Shown here in pieces: positions 37,010-46,513 of a DNA stretch of 64,000 bases (positions are counted from its first letter, which is position 1; every line of letters starts with the position of its first letter). Source of the DNA: an uncultured Bacilli bacterium (GTDB taxonomy: Bacteria > Bacillota_I > Bacilli_A > RF39 > UBA660); the NCBI GenBank assembly GCA_950097225.1, contig CATNCE010000001.1, positions 48,451 to 112,450 of the forward strand, given 5' to 3'. The notes under the pieces are model-generated. The model did no database searches. It saw only the letters and a list, made by a program, of their open reading frames with translations, and was not told where the DNA came from. A program made the translations under genes and the position numbers.

Positions 37010-38005
37010 ATGCCTAAGAAAAAAGAAGATCTTGAAATAAAAAAGACAAAAGAAGAATTATCACAAGAGCTAATGGCGATGATTAAAGAGCCGGTTAAAG
37101 AAAAAATTGTTTCGGAAGTTGTTGATGACATTAAATCGACTTTTGATAATGAGTATAAGAGAGAAATAAAACGCGAGTTAAAAAGCGAGATTGTAACCGA
37201 TATTAGAAAAGACATAGCTAAAGAGCAAAAAAGATTGATATTTGGGAAAAACTTTAAGATATTTCGTCTATCGATTTATTTAATTGTCATAGTTGGTGCC
37301 TTACTTTATTTGATATATCGTCTTTATACGACAGATAATATGGGAGTTATCGATTCACGCTTGACTAGGCCGACAGCGTCATCAGACGTTTCATCGCAAG
37401 TAACGACTAAACCAGTTTCAACTGAACCAGTTCGCGATTTAGCATATTATATGGAAAAATATAGCTATATCATGGATGATTTGAAGATATATAATTATAG
37501 TTTGGTGAATGGAAGTTATGTTGTTGCTAATATGAGTAGTGCAGATAAGCTTAGTATGGCTTATGCACAGTTACAATCTAGTGATATTGTCGTAGATGGT
37601 ATAATTCATATGATAAGTGATGAAGCAATGAAACAAGCTTACAATAAAATGTTTGGCAGTTTAGATGGTTACGAAGCAACTTCTTTTAGTATAAGAAATC
37701 TTAGTTATGCTTATTCCTTTAATAGTGCAAGTTATATCGCGATTGGAGATGAGGATCTTTCAACTAGTGAGGTAAGAAATCATATCGTTGATATTAAAGA
37801 AGAAAATAATAAAATTAAATTTACAACACGTGTTTATGTGGTTAAGAATAGTGGTATATATAATGTTGGTAATATGAATGCCAAAATAGCCGATGATAGT
37901 GAGACTATGGACTTTAGTAAAATTGAAAGCAGATTGTCGCTTGTTGAATATACTTTTGCTTTAGTTAATGATGAATATCGTCTTGAGAGTATTCAGAAGA
38001 AATAA
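37010..38005 (+). CDS. Hypothetical bitopic membrane protein
   Basis: Charged N part, a TM helix (FRLSIYLIVIVGALLYLIY), and a ~220-aa external domain. GGAGGA precedes the ATG at 37010. Confidence 0.55.
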   Translation: MPKKKEDLEIKKTKEELSQELMAMIKEPVKEKIVSEVVDDIKSTFDNEYKREIKRELKSEIVTDIRKDIAKEQKRLIFGKNFKIFRLSIYLIVIVGALLYLIYRLYTTDNMGVIDSRLTRPTASSDVSSQVTTKPVSTEPVRDLAYYMEKYSYIMDDLKIYNYSLVNGSYVVANMSSADKLSMAYAQLQSSDIVVDGIIHMISDEAMKQAYNKMFGSLDGYEATSFSIRNLSYAYSFNSASYIAIGDEDLSTSEVRNHIVDIKEENNKIKFTTRVYVVKNSGIYNVGNMNAKIADDSETMDFSKIESRLSLVEYTFALVNDEYRLESIQKK

Positions 38006-38044
38006 TTGAAGTTATCAATTATTTTTTTCTTAGGGAGTGATTTT

Positions 38045-38701
38045 GTGAAAAAAATTATTGTTAGTGTATGCTCTGTTCTTATCATTGTAGTTTCGTTAAT
38101 ATTTATTCAGCGCCTTTTATATGATGATGGGGATTTAGGCGATAAGACGACGACAACTATTTCATTTGGAGAATATGATTTATTTGATTATGGTGGTAAT
38201 TATGCTTCATATGTTATAAGTGATCTAGAGTATTTTGATTATCTACTCGATGGCTTTGATATTCGTTATGAAAATAATATATTGACTATTAATGAAAAAG
38301 AATTTACGGGTATTAGTAAGGTTTATAAGTATTTTGCTATTTATGATAAGTCAGTTTTGGTGATGGGGATAACTACTGAAGATGGGGATGCCGTTTTAAC
38401 TTATAATTATAAATTAGAACATCTAGAAATGTATGATAATTATAAGGGAATGTTAGTTGGCCTTGATCGTGATTTAGTATTTGAGGATGCTGGTTTTTTA
38501 GTTAATTATACGAATATTAAAGATAATAAGTATATAAAGGGAAATAAAGATATTTGCAAGATCAAAGAAGATGGGAAAATAACCGCTTATCTAGCAGTAG
38601 AATATTATTATGATAAGTCGGCTAAAAAGTTTTTAAAGAGTGAGGAACTTTATTCTACTAATTTATTTGTTTATAAAAGAGATAATAATTTATGCAAGTA
38701 A
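38045..38701 (+). CDS. Hypothetical membrane-anchored protein
   Basis: GGGAG RBS precedes the GTG at 38045. There is an N-terminal TM helix. Confidence 0.5.
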   Translation: MKKIIVSVCSVLIIVVSLIFIQRLLYDDGDLGDKTTTTISFGEYDLFDYGGNYASYVISDLEYFDYLLDGFDIRYENNILTINEKEFTGISKVYKYFAIYDKSVLVMGITTEDGDAVLTYNYKLEHLEMYDNYKGMLVGLDRDLVFEDAGFLVNYTNIKDNKYIKGNKDICKIKEDGKITAYLAVEYYYDKSAKKFLKSEELYSTNLFVYKRDNNLCK

Positions 38702-38704
38702 TGG

Positions 38705-38735
38705 ACATTATTGGATTAATCAATAATGTTTTTTA
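38705..38735 (+). terminator. Intrinsic terminator
   Basis: ACATTATT / AATAATGT stem followed by a T run. Confidence 0.7.
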
Positions 38736-38983
38736 TGATTGTTTGTTTTAATTTAAAGAATGGGCGTAAACGTTCCTATTTTTTTCTATATTATTTTGAT
38801 ATAATGTAATTAGAACACATCTAATAAGTGAGATTGTAGTTTTGATTAAAGGCTAGTCAATTGTTAATCTTAGCAATTAATAATAGATTAAATATTTTGA
38901 GAGGAGTGAATCATAGTGTTTCTGAAATTAAAAAAAATATTGCTTTAAAAAGTTATTACAAAAAAAGTTTAGGAGAGAAAGAA

Positions 38984-40309
38984 ATGAAAAAGAAAACAAT
39001 TATATTAATTTTATGTTTAATTTTTAGCTGTAATGTTAAAAATGTAATGGCAGCAACTGCTTATAGTGTTGGTTGCAAATATCCGGCTTCTACAGGGTTT
39101 AATGAAGATACAACTCAAATAGCCAAGGACGCAGCTTATGGATACGGGTTAGCTTCAGAGATAACGGGTTCATATTATAATACTGAACCAACATTTTCTT
39201 ATCTAAATAGTACTACACGTTTAGGGAAATCAAGAGCTTTTTTTATAGCAGGGCATGCATCTCCTCAGTATATAGTGCTTGCTTCGTCGGCTGGCAAAAC
39301 TGGAGTTGGAGTAAGTGAAGGATATGCATTTAATTATCATCTTGTTGGTTTAGCTAATAAAGATATGTCTCAAACTAGGGTTATAACGTTTGCCGGATGT
39401 AATACAGCAAATTTGGATAATGCAAATATAGCTAAAAAAGCATTTGAACAAGGGGCGAAGGCATCGATTGGATGGATTACAACAACTGATAATAATCAAG
39501 GGTGGTTGAAAACTTTTAATTATTCACTTGGTTATGGGTATTCTGTCAACGATTCAATTACAAGAGCAAACGCTTCAAATGGCGGAACTAATACTTCTAT
39601 ATATGTTTATGTTTATGGAGATAGACAAACTAAAATTACTACATATAATAAAAGTTTGACACCATTGCATTCAACAATTGACGCGAAGCTGTTAAGTGAT
39701 CAGACATATCAAGAGATAAGCAAACCATTAACTGATACTTATATGGCTTTAGATATGCCAGAATTATTTATTTCTTCAGAGACTGGTGATATCTTTTATG
39801 AACCATTACGTAATTATTCTGATAGTTTTAAAAATGTTATTAATTCTTTGGAGAGTATTGATAGTGACTTTGATGTTAATGATTACTATATTACATATAG
39901 AATTATTGATGAATCAACAATGAGTGGTTTTTTACAATTAACTTATCATATAGATGAACAAATAAAAACTAATAAGGGATATTTATTTACTTTTGAAAAT
40001 AAAAAAATTGTTGAAAAGATTTTATCTGGTGTTAAAAGGAAGAACTTGAAAAAAATTGATGGTTTAGACACGAAACAATTGCTAGAAAAAGTTTATGATT
40101 TTAATCAGAAAAAAATGTTTGAACTGGAAAAAAATATTCCTTCGTTTTTTGGAAAATCAGCTATTCCAAGTAAATCAAGCGAATTTTCAGTTAAAAATGA
40201 GTATTTCTTTTATGATTATAATAATGAGAAATTGGAGTATGATGTTGAGATTGTGAGCGAGGATGAAGATGAAGCCACTTCTATGACTATTAAAAAAATT
40301 GAAGTATGA
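38984..40309 (+). CDS. Secreted hypothetical protein with a possible His/Cys dyad
   Basis: RBS AGGAGAG precedes the ATG at 38984. The signal peptide is MKKKTIILILCLIFSCNVKNVMA. FFIAGHASP and ITFAGCNTA resemble strand-GH and strand-xC catalytic elements; this is inference only. Confidence 0.55.
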   Translation: MKKKTIILILCLIFSCNVKNVMAATAYSVGCKYPASTGFNEDTTQIAKDAAYGYGLASEITGSYYNTEPTFSYLNSTTRLGKSRAFFIAGHASPQYIVLASSAGKTGVGVSEGYAFNYHLVGLANKDMSQTRVITFAGCNTANLDNANIAKKAFEQGAKASIGWITTTDNNQGWLKTFNYSLGYGYSVNDSITRANASNGGTNTSIYVYVYGDRQTKITTYNKSLTPLHSTIDAKLLSDQTYQEISKPLTDTYMALDMPELFISSETGDIFYEPLRNYSDSFKNVINSLESIDSDFDVNDYYITYRIIDESTMSGFLQLTYHIDEQIKTNKGYLFTFENKKIVEKILSGVKRKNLKKIDGLDTKQLLEKVYDFNQKKMFELEKNIPSFFGKSAIPSKSSEFSVKNEYFFYDYNNEKLEYDVEIVSEDEDEATSMTIKKIEV

Positions 40310-40986
40310 AAAAGAAAAATGTAGTGATAGTAATTGGGGTATTATTTTTATTAATCGTGGGAGTTTTAATCGGCTATCGATTTTATATAAAAAGGTATAA
40401 GAAGACCTCATTTAAAGAGAATGTGATAATCAGTCAAGTGGATGTTGCTTATAGCTATTTTAATCTTTTTGGGGAAGAGATGCGGATCGATACTAATATT
40501 TTTGAAGTTGGCAATGAAGTTACAATAGAGGGAGTTCGTCAGAATAATAAATATAGCATTAATAAAGTAACTTTGGATGTGCTTCCAGAAAACAAAAAAG
40601 ATTATATAAAGAATGTTTTAGCTAGTAGTGATAGGTTTAAGGAATTAGGTAAGTATGTGAAAAGCGAGGATGTCTCTTGTGTTGAAATGATCCCTGTTAA
40701 AGTAAGTGGGCAGGAGATTAAAGTTAATATAGATGTTCTTGAATACATAAAAGCCGCATATCGTTATCCGTTTATGTCTCAGCAAGAGCGCAGTGTTAGC
40801 TTTGTTAAACAGATGGATTCGGTTGAAATCTTGGATGTTATGGTTTATTATGATGATGGAAGAATAGTGGATATAGATTTTGATAACGATGATGAAATAA
40901 CATTTGATGTAGCAAACGAGATTGCTTATTATGGTGTAACATTTGCTATAGAAAATGGGAATGTATATAAGTATATATTTATATAG
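40306..40986 (+). CDS. Hypothetical membrane-anchored protein
   Basis: ATGA overlap with the upstream gene. There is an N-terminal TM helix. Confidence 0.5.
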   Translation: MKKKNVVIVIGVLFLLIVGVLIGYRFYIKRYKKTSFKENVIISQVDVAYSYFNLFGEEMRIDTNIFEVGNEVTIEGVRQNNKYSINKVTLDVLPENKKDYIKNVLASSDRFKELGKYVKSEDVSCVEMIPVKVSGQEIKVNIDVLEYIKAAYRYPFMSQQERSVSFVKQMDSVEILDVMVYYDDGRIVDIDFDNDDEITFDVANEIAYYGVTFAIENGNVYKYIFI

Positions 40987-41071
40987 GGGAGTATGGGAGG
41001 CTTGTAGCACTGGTCTTCCTTTTTTTCACGCATAAAAAAAGCATACTTCTTAGTACACTTTAATATTCATT

Positions 41072-41148
41072 TGGTGACCCGTACGGGATTTGAACCCATG
41101 AATGCATGCGTGAAAGGCATGTGTGTTCAACCACTTCACCAACGGGCC
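41072..41148 (-). tRNA. tRNA-Glu (anticodon UUC), second identical copy
   Basis: All 77 nt are identical to 35329-35405. Confidence 0.95.
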
Positions 41149-41156
41149 ATACAAAA

Positions 41157-41233
<77 letters not shown>

Positions 41234-41249
41234 ATTTTGTTAATTAAAA

Positions 41250-41325
41250 TGGTGTCCCCTTAGGGATTCGAACCCTAGACCCACTGATTAAGAGTCAGTT
41301 GCTCTACCAACTGAGCTAAGGAGAC
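41250..41325 (-). tRNA. tRNA-Lys (anticodon CUU)
   Basis: The reverse complement GTCTCCTTAGCTCAGTTGGTAGAGCAACTGACTCTTAATCAGTGGGTCTAGGGTTCGAATCCCTAAGGGGACACCA folds with a 7-bp acceptor stem. The anticodon loop is CTCTTAA. Confidence 0.9.
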
Positions 41326-41346
41326 ATTCCCGCGAGTTACTAGTTA

Positions 41347-41355
41347 ATTATAGCA
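41347..41355 (-). promoter_or_regulatory. Extended -10 (TGCTATAAT on the minus strand) for the tRNA cluster
   Basis: The reverse complement of ATTATAGCA is TGCTATAAT, about 20 nt upstream of the tRNA-Lys 5' end. Confidence 0.4.
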
Positions 41356-41447
41356 TATATTTTGAAAAAATCTAGTACTAAAATGAAAAAACGTGAAAAA
41401 TATTGGGTAAAACATTATTTTATGATAAAATTATATTAGGTGGTAAC

Positions 41448-42260
41448 ATGATAAATTGTTTTTTGATCGTAAATTATAATGATTTTAAATCGACAAAACA
41501 TTTAATTGATAATATAAAGAACTACAATTGTCTTCGAGAAATCGTCATTGTTGATAATCATTCGAATGCGGATGAAGTTGAGGATTTAGATTCGTTAAAC
41601 GATCCTAATGTTCATGTTATTTATAATGATGCTAATTTGGGATATGGTGGAGCCATAAACGTGGGAGCTATGTATCTTATAAATAAGTATCAAAAATGCA
41701 ATATAATTGTTAGCAATAGTGATATAGTTATAATGTCTGAGGAGGACTTGGTTCGCTTAATTAATTTACTCGATGATAATAGTGTGGGTTTAGTAGGACC
41801 ACAGATATTAGAACGTGGCGGCATTGTAAGGGGAAAAAGAGATTGTTCTGTTAACTATGAGATTATGAATAATATTCCTTTTCTTCGTTTGTTTGTAGGA
41901 AATTCACATATTCTTTATAGTGAATCTTACTATGCTACACCTTTTAGCATCGTTGATGTGATATCGACATGTTTCTTTTTGATCACTAGTGAAAACTTGA
42001 AAAGAATAAATTTTATGGATGAAAATTTGTTTTTGTATTATGAAGATTTTGTTTTAGCTAGGAAAGTGCACGATATTGGTTTGGATGTTATTATTGCCAA
42101 TGACGTAAAAGTCAAGCATCTCTCATCAGTTAGTGTCGACAAGAGTTTTGATAAGCGAGTGAAGAAGAAAATGATGAAGCAAAGTCAGTTTTATTATCAT
42201 ACAACATATCATGAACTTAATTTATTTCAAAAGGTGTTGATGAGGTTGCTATTAAAATAA
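41448..42260 (+). CDS. Family 2 glycosyltransferase
   Basis: FLIVNYNDFKST...IVIVDNHSN and YYEDFVLARK are GT-A/GT2 features. RBS AGGTGG precedes the ATG at 41448. Confidence 0.8.
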   Translation: MINCFLIVNYNDFKSTKHLIDNIKNYNCLREIVIVDNHSNADEVEDLDSLNDPNVHVIYNDANLGYGGAINVGAMYLINKYQKCNIIVSNSDIVIMSEEDLVRLINLLDDNSVGLVGPQILERGGIVRGKRDCSVNYEIMNNIPFLRLFVGNSHILYSESYYATPFSIVDVISTCFFLITSENLKRINFMDENLFLYYEDFVLARKVHDIGLDVIIANDVKVKHLSSVSVDKSFDKRVKKKMMKQSQFYYHTTYHELNLFQKVLMRLLLK

Positions 42261-42275
42261 ATTTAGGAGGAAATA

Positions 42276-43253
42276 ATGAAAAAAAGAATATGCTTTTTGG
42301 CTTCTGAAAGGGGTTATGGTGTTAAAACACGAGAAGTTGTAACTCTTGCTAATAGTCTAGTTGATTTTTATAATGTAGAATTGTTGTTTTTGCAAGATGT
42401 AAACCCCGATGTTGAGATAAATAGTAAAGTTAAAGTGCAGTTTTATAATATGAAGCTTGTTGGCAATGCTAAGTTCTTTAAAGAATTTTTAAGTGATGCT
42501 CATGTTATTGTCGTAGTAGATACGATATTTAATAAATATATTGAAAAATTTAATGTAAAAAAGATATTATGGCTTCATGAGGCATTGGAGATAAATTCTT
42601 TTAAAGATTTTAAATATGACAAATTAGTTGTTCCTAATAAGGAATTATTGGAGTTTTATCAATATAGTTTTGATAATGTTATAATTATCAATGATGCTCT
42701 AGAAATTAGCTCAGTAGTTAGTCCTTTGACTAGCAGTGAGATTGTGTATATTGGCAATTTAACAAAAGAAAAGCGTGTGCGAGAGTTAATTGATATACTT
42801 TGTTTGGTTAATAAAGAAGTACGTGTAAAACTCAATATTATTGGAACAGGAGAAGAAAAGGCGAACTTAGAACAATATGTTAAAGAGCAAAAAATTAAAT
42901 TTGTTAATTTCTATGGCTCTATTAATGAAGAGAGTCTTAAAGATGTTTTATTGAATTCGAGTTTATTTGTTAGTGTTTCTAAAAATCCGTATAGTTCTTT
43001 TTCTGCACTCTTAGCTATGAATTATGGAATACCAGTTATTGCTTGTGGGGAAGCTTCTTCTTTGGCATCTTTGATAATTGACGATGTCAGTGGTTATGTT
43101 ATAAAGAAACACGATATAAATGATTTGAAAATAAAAATCATTGAGGTTATTACAGACGCACAAAAAAGAGAAGAAATGGGGAGCTGCGCCAAAGAAAAAG
43201 TAATGGAATTTGATATAAAATCTATTAAAGTTGAATGGTTAAAGATATTATAA
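42276..43253 (+). CDS. GT-B glycosyltransferase (GT4 / Glycos_transf_1-like)
   Basis: The C-terminal half (GTGEEK...SFSALLAMNYGIPVIACG) matches the GT4 nucleotide-sugar binding fold. RBS AGGAGG. Confidence 0.7.
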   Translation: MKKRICFLASERGYGVKTREVVTLANSLVDFYNVELLFLQDVNPDVEINSKVKVQFYNMKLVGNAKFFKEFLSDAHVIVVVDTIFNKYIEKFNVKKILWLHEALEINSFKDFKYDKLVVPNKELLEFYQYSFDNVIIINDALEISSVVSPLTSSEIVYIGNLTKEKRVRELIDILCLVNKEVRVKLNIIGTGEEKANLEQYVKEQKIKFVNFYGSINEESLKDVLLNSSLFVSVSKNPYSSFSALLAMNYGIPVIACGEASSLASLIIDDVSGYVIKKHDINDLKIKIIEVITDAQKREEMGSCAKEKVMEFDIKSIKVEWLKIL

Positions 43254-43264
43254 AAAGAACTACG

Positions 43265-43468
43265 TTAGTATTTTAAGTAATCTTGTAGTTCTTTTTTTAG
43301 TTGTCTTTCTTCACGCTTTTTTACCTTATCTAATTTAGAGTAAGTACTAGTTTTAGAGGCAGGGATGATATATGGTTTATTTAATTTAGCAGCTTCGATG
43401 GCGTCGATATGGTAAATTATATTATCGTCTTTTTTTATTGGCGTAGTTTTTATCGTTTTATTTTTCAT
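43265..43468 (-). CDS. Small hypothetical basic protein (67 aa)
   Basis: It is the only ORF in this gap and lies convergent to the GT4 gene. No family recognised. Confidence 0.35.
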   Translation of the reverse strand: MKNKTIKTTPIKKDDNIIYHIDAIEAAKLNKPYIIPASKTSTYSKLDKVKKREERQLKKELQDYLKY

Positions 43469-43551
43469 AGTATCACCTAAATATATTATAGCAAAGATGT
43501 GCTAATTTATTTACAAATATTGGTTAGTATGATACTATTTATTAGAATAGA

Positions 43552-44283
43552 ATGGGTGATATGATGAAGTGTCCTTATTGTGATAGTATGATCAAGAGTG
43601 GATTAGAGGAGTGTCCACATTGTCATGCTAAAATGGAAATTAGTAGTAGTGAAAGACCAAAAGTTCACTATTTGGGGATAATTGTTGGATGTTTTATTGT
43701 TATTGTTTTTCTTTTAGGTCTTACTTATTTAAAAATTGGAAAGAAAAGTGGATATGTTCCGCCAGGAAATATTACTACTGAAGAAGCCGAACCAAAAGAG
43801 ATGAGTAAAAATTTAGGAGTATATTCAGGGCTTATTAATCCAGTTAAAATGGGAGTTAAGACATTTGCTACTTTGCGGGATGATGATGGTAAAAGCAAAG
43901 AGGCCGATGTACAAATTATTAGGTATTTAACTGAAGAGGAAATTAATGAGATCGTCCTTGAAAATTCCCAAACTTTAATTGAAGGATTTCGTTGGGTAGG
44001 GGTACAATACCAGATTATTTTAAATGACTTTGCCTACTTGGAAGAAAAAAGCATTAGCCCGGTTTTTAAAATGACTTTGCATGATTATCTTTATAAGAAT
44101 GATTTCTTCTTAGTTAATGAACATTATTACAATATTCCAGTTTTGGTTAAGTCGGGATATAACAATATTAAAAATAACGAAAGTACAGAAGTTAGTATTG
44201 CCTACCAGGTTCCAATTGATCAACAATATTATTTGTGTTTTGGTGGTATTGATGAGGTTCAAGGGTGTTATGATAATTTATAA
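43552..44283 (+). CDS. Zinc-ribbon membrane protein with an extracellular beta-rich domain
   Basis: CPYCDS...CPHCHA zinc ribbon, one TM helix, and a DUF4352-like external part (inference). The start could be 43552, 43561 or 43564. Confidence 0.6.
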   Translation: MGDMMKCPYCDSMIKSGLEECPHCHAKMEISSSERPKVHYLGIIVGCFIVIVFLLGLTYLKIGKKSGYVPPGNITTEEAEPKEMSKNLGVYSGLINPVKMGVKTFATLRDDDGKSKEADVQIIRYLTEEEINEIVLENSQTLIEGFRWVGVQYQIILNDFAYLEEKSISPVFKMTLHDYLYKNDFFLVNEHYYNIPVLVKSGYNNIKNNESTEVSIAYQVPIDQQYYLCFGGIDEVQGCYDNL

Positions 44284-44357
44284 AAGTTAAGTTAAAAATG
44301 TTTACTAAGAATGTTAATTATGATATATTATTTTTAGAATAAGGAGTGTGTTTGATA

Positions 44358-46502
44358 ATGTTAAAACATAAGAAAAAAGGTTTTACGTTAGTTGAACTTT
44401 TAGTAACAATTGTCTTACTTGGAGTAATTGGAGCAATTGTTATTTATAATATGACGAGTATTTCCACAAGCTCTAAAGAAGTGGAGTATGAGCGCTATAT
44501 TGCGAAAGTTAAATCAGCTGCTAGTGTATATGCTGATATGAATCAAGCAGCATTTAATGAGTTATATGTAAGTAGGGCTTATATTTATATTAAAATCGAT
44601 GATTTAGTTAAGAATGGTTTATTAGATGCTGATTTGGTAAATCCGTATACTAATGAGAGAATTGACCTTAGTGATTTAGTAAAAGCTAGTTTGGATACAA
44701 CGAATGGTAGTGTTGTTTTCGAGTATCCAATGAATGAGACTTTAACTGAGTCAACATTGGTTGCTATAAGTGATTATGTTGTATGGGGGGAACCATATGA
44801 TTGTATGCGTGGTGCAGGTAGTTATGAGTTAGCGCTAAGCGATGAAGAGGGAAATTTAATTGACTTAACTGCTACTGATGAACATGGGGTTAAGAATATG
44901 CAAAAGTACAATTTTGCTTGTCAAATGCCAAAAGAATTTGAGAATTATAATGATCCATCGACTGGTGTTAAGGGGCTTAGAACTACTAAACCAGGAAATT
45001 ATGAGATAACTTATAGTTGGATTACTGAAAGTGGGACAAAGAAGACAGCTTCACGTATTTTAAGAGTTTTATCAAAGTCAGAGCCATCTTTTAAAACAAA
45101 TGTTGCAGATTATGATTTTGGTAAGAATATAGATGTTAAAAATGGAGCAAACAATTTTATTAGATGTTCAAATTGCGATGCTAATAACTTCTATCAACCA
45201 GCTTTAAATAGTGATGGATCATGGAGAGTATTAACATATGAACCATTGATTGAAGGATCTGATGCTGCAAATTCTTCATTTAAGATATCTAAAAAGAAAA
45301 ACAATCCATCTAGTAATGTATGGGAAGACGTTAGTGGTGGATATGTTACTTCATTTGCGGCTCGTCAGGCGGATGATGGAGATAAGACCTATAAGATTGA
45401 GGCAACCGTTCATGGACATTATATAAAGAATTATACATACAATTCGGAAGGTTATGCGCGCTTTAAACAGGAACTTATTTTACCTTCACAATATATATCT
45501 TCTGATACGCCATCTACAAATTGGGGAACAAAGAATAGCTATAATATTAACTCAGATACAACGGGACATCAGTCTCCAGTCGGAATTGCTAGGTATGAGT
45601 ATCGTATAAGTAATTCTACTTCAATGGATAAGAGCTTAGAAGTTATTAATGCTAATTTATTTGAGAAGATTGCTACTGTTACTAGTAAGGATGTTTCAAT
45701 TTTAAGTGATACATCGTGTGTTGATCGTGCACTTGAATATACTAATATATTCTTCAGGGCTATAAACAAAGATGGCTATGTTGGTACGTGGACGCGTTAC
45801 GATACAAAACTTACTAATCAGTTAACGAAGCTGATAGATCAAGATTCTAATTCGTGTTCTAGTTCGGCATCTTGTTGTTTACGATATGGCTCAGAGTGTT
45901 ATTATACAAATAAAGTTTTATATGTAAGTGCTAATAATCAATTGTTAGTAGGTCTTAGAAAATATGGAGATGGATCAATGCTGTTTGCCCTTGATGGTAC
46001 GACAAATGTCAAAGTTTCGCCGTTATCACTTATGAATGGGTATGCAGAACAACAGACTTGTGATGGAACATTCTATAAGAATTATACTTATAATGTTGCA
46101 AATGATAATATTCAACGCGAGGTACTTCGTTGGGCTAATGCAAGCTTTGGAGGATCATCAAAAGTAGTTACGCCAGTAATTCCTGGAGGGGCTTCATATT
46201 CAGCTACTACACTAGATAAAAAGCTTCTTATGACTTATGGTAGTGCTGTTGCTGGAAATCCAACACATTGGCTTTTAGATAATGGTAGAAGTGAGACAAT
46301 AATTTATTTGGATCAACCACACAAACATGCAAATGAATCAACAACGGCATATAATGCATATTTCTATTATGCACAAGGGTTAAATGCTCATCAACAATAC
46401 TCTGGACAAATGGACTATGTAAAACCATTAATTAGATTGCGTGATTTAAATATTTGTTCAGGTTCAGGAACAGCAAGTGATCCATTTATTGTTCTTACAT
46501 AG
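44358..46502 (+). CDS. Giant (714 aa) prepilin-type N-terminal cleavage/methylation domain protein
   Basis: MLKHKKKGFTLVELLVTIVLLGVIGAIVIYN is a class III (type IV pilin) signal, G|FTLVE. RBS AAGGAG. The C-terminus VKPLIRLRDLNICSGSGTASDPFIV resembles the end of 48719..49831. Confidence 0.75.
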   Translation: MLKHKKKGFTLVELLVTIVLLGVIGAIVIYNMTSISTSSKEVEYERYIAKVKSAASVYADMNQAAFNELYVSRAYIYIKIDDLVKNGLLDADLVNPYTNERIDLSDLVKASLDTTNGSVVFEYPMNETLTESTLVAISDYVVWGEPYDCMRGAGSYELALSDEEGNLIDLTATDEHGVKNMQKYNFACQMPKEFENYNDPSTGVKGLRTTKPGNYEITYSWITESGTKKTASRILRVLSKSEPSFKTNVADYDFGKNIDVKNGANNFIRCSNCDANNFYQPALNSDGSWRVLTYEPLIEGSDAANSSFKISKKKNNPSSNVWEDVSGGYVTSFAARQADDGDKTYKIEATVHGHYIKNYTYNSEGYARFKQELILPSQYISSDTPSTNWGTKNSYNINSDTTGHQSPVGIARYEYRISNSTSMDKSLEVINANLFEKIATVTSKDVSILSDTSCVDRALEYTNIFFRAINKDGYVGTWTRYDTKLTNQLTKLIDQDSNSCSSSASCCLRYGSECYYTNKVLYVSANNQLLVGLRKYGDGSMLFALDGTTNVKVSPLSLMNGYAEQQTCDGTFYKNYTYNVANDNIQREVLRWANASFGGSSKVVTPVIPGGASYSATTLDKKLLMTYGSAVAGNPTHWLLDNGRSETIIYLDQPHKHANESTTAYNAYFYYAQGLNAHQQYSGQMDYVKPLIRLRDLNICSGSGTASDPFIVLT

Positions 46503-46513
46503 GAGGCATAGGT

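Noticed and set aside
40645-41010. 121-aa minus-strand ORF.
   Set aside because: It is antisense to the 40306..40986 CDS, has an Ile/Tyr/Asn-rich AT-biased translation, and has no RBS.
35329-41148. The tRNA-Glu direct repeats could be attL/attR of an integrated element.
   Set aside because: Both copies are complete 77-nt tRNAs rather than a full gene plus a 3' fragment. The flanks share no further homology, and no integrase, recombinase or mobility gene lies between them. The bracketed block is still reported as a possible rearrangement.
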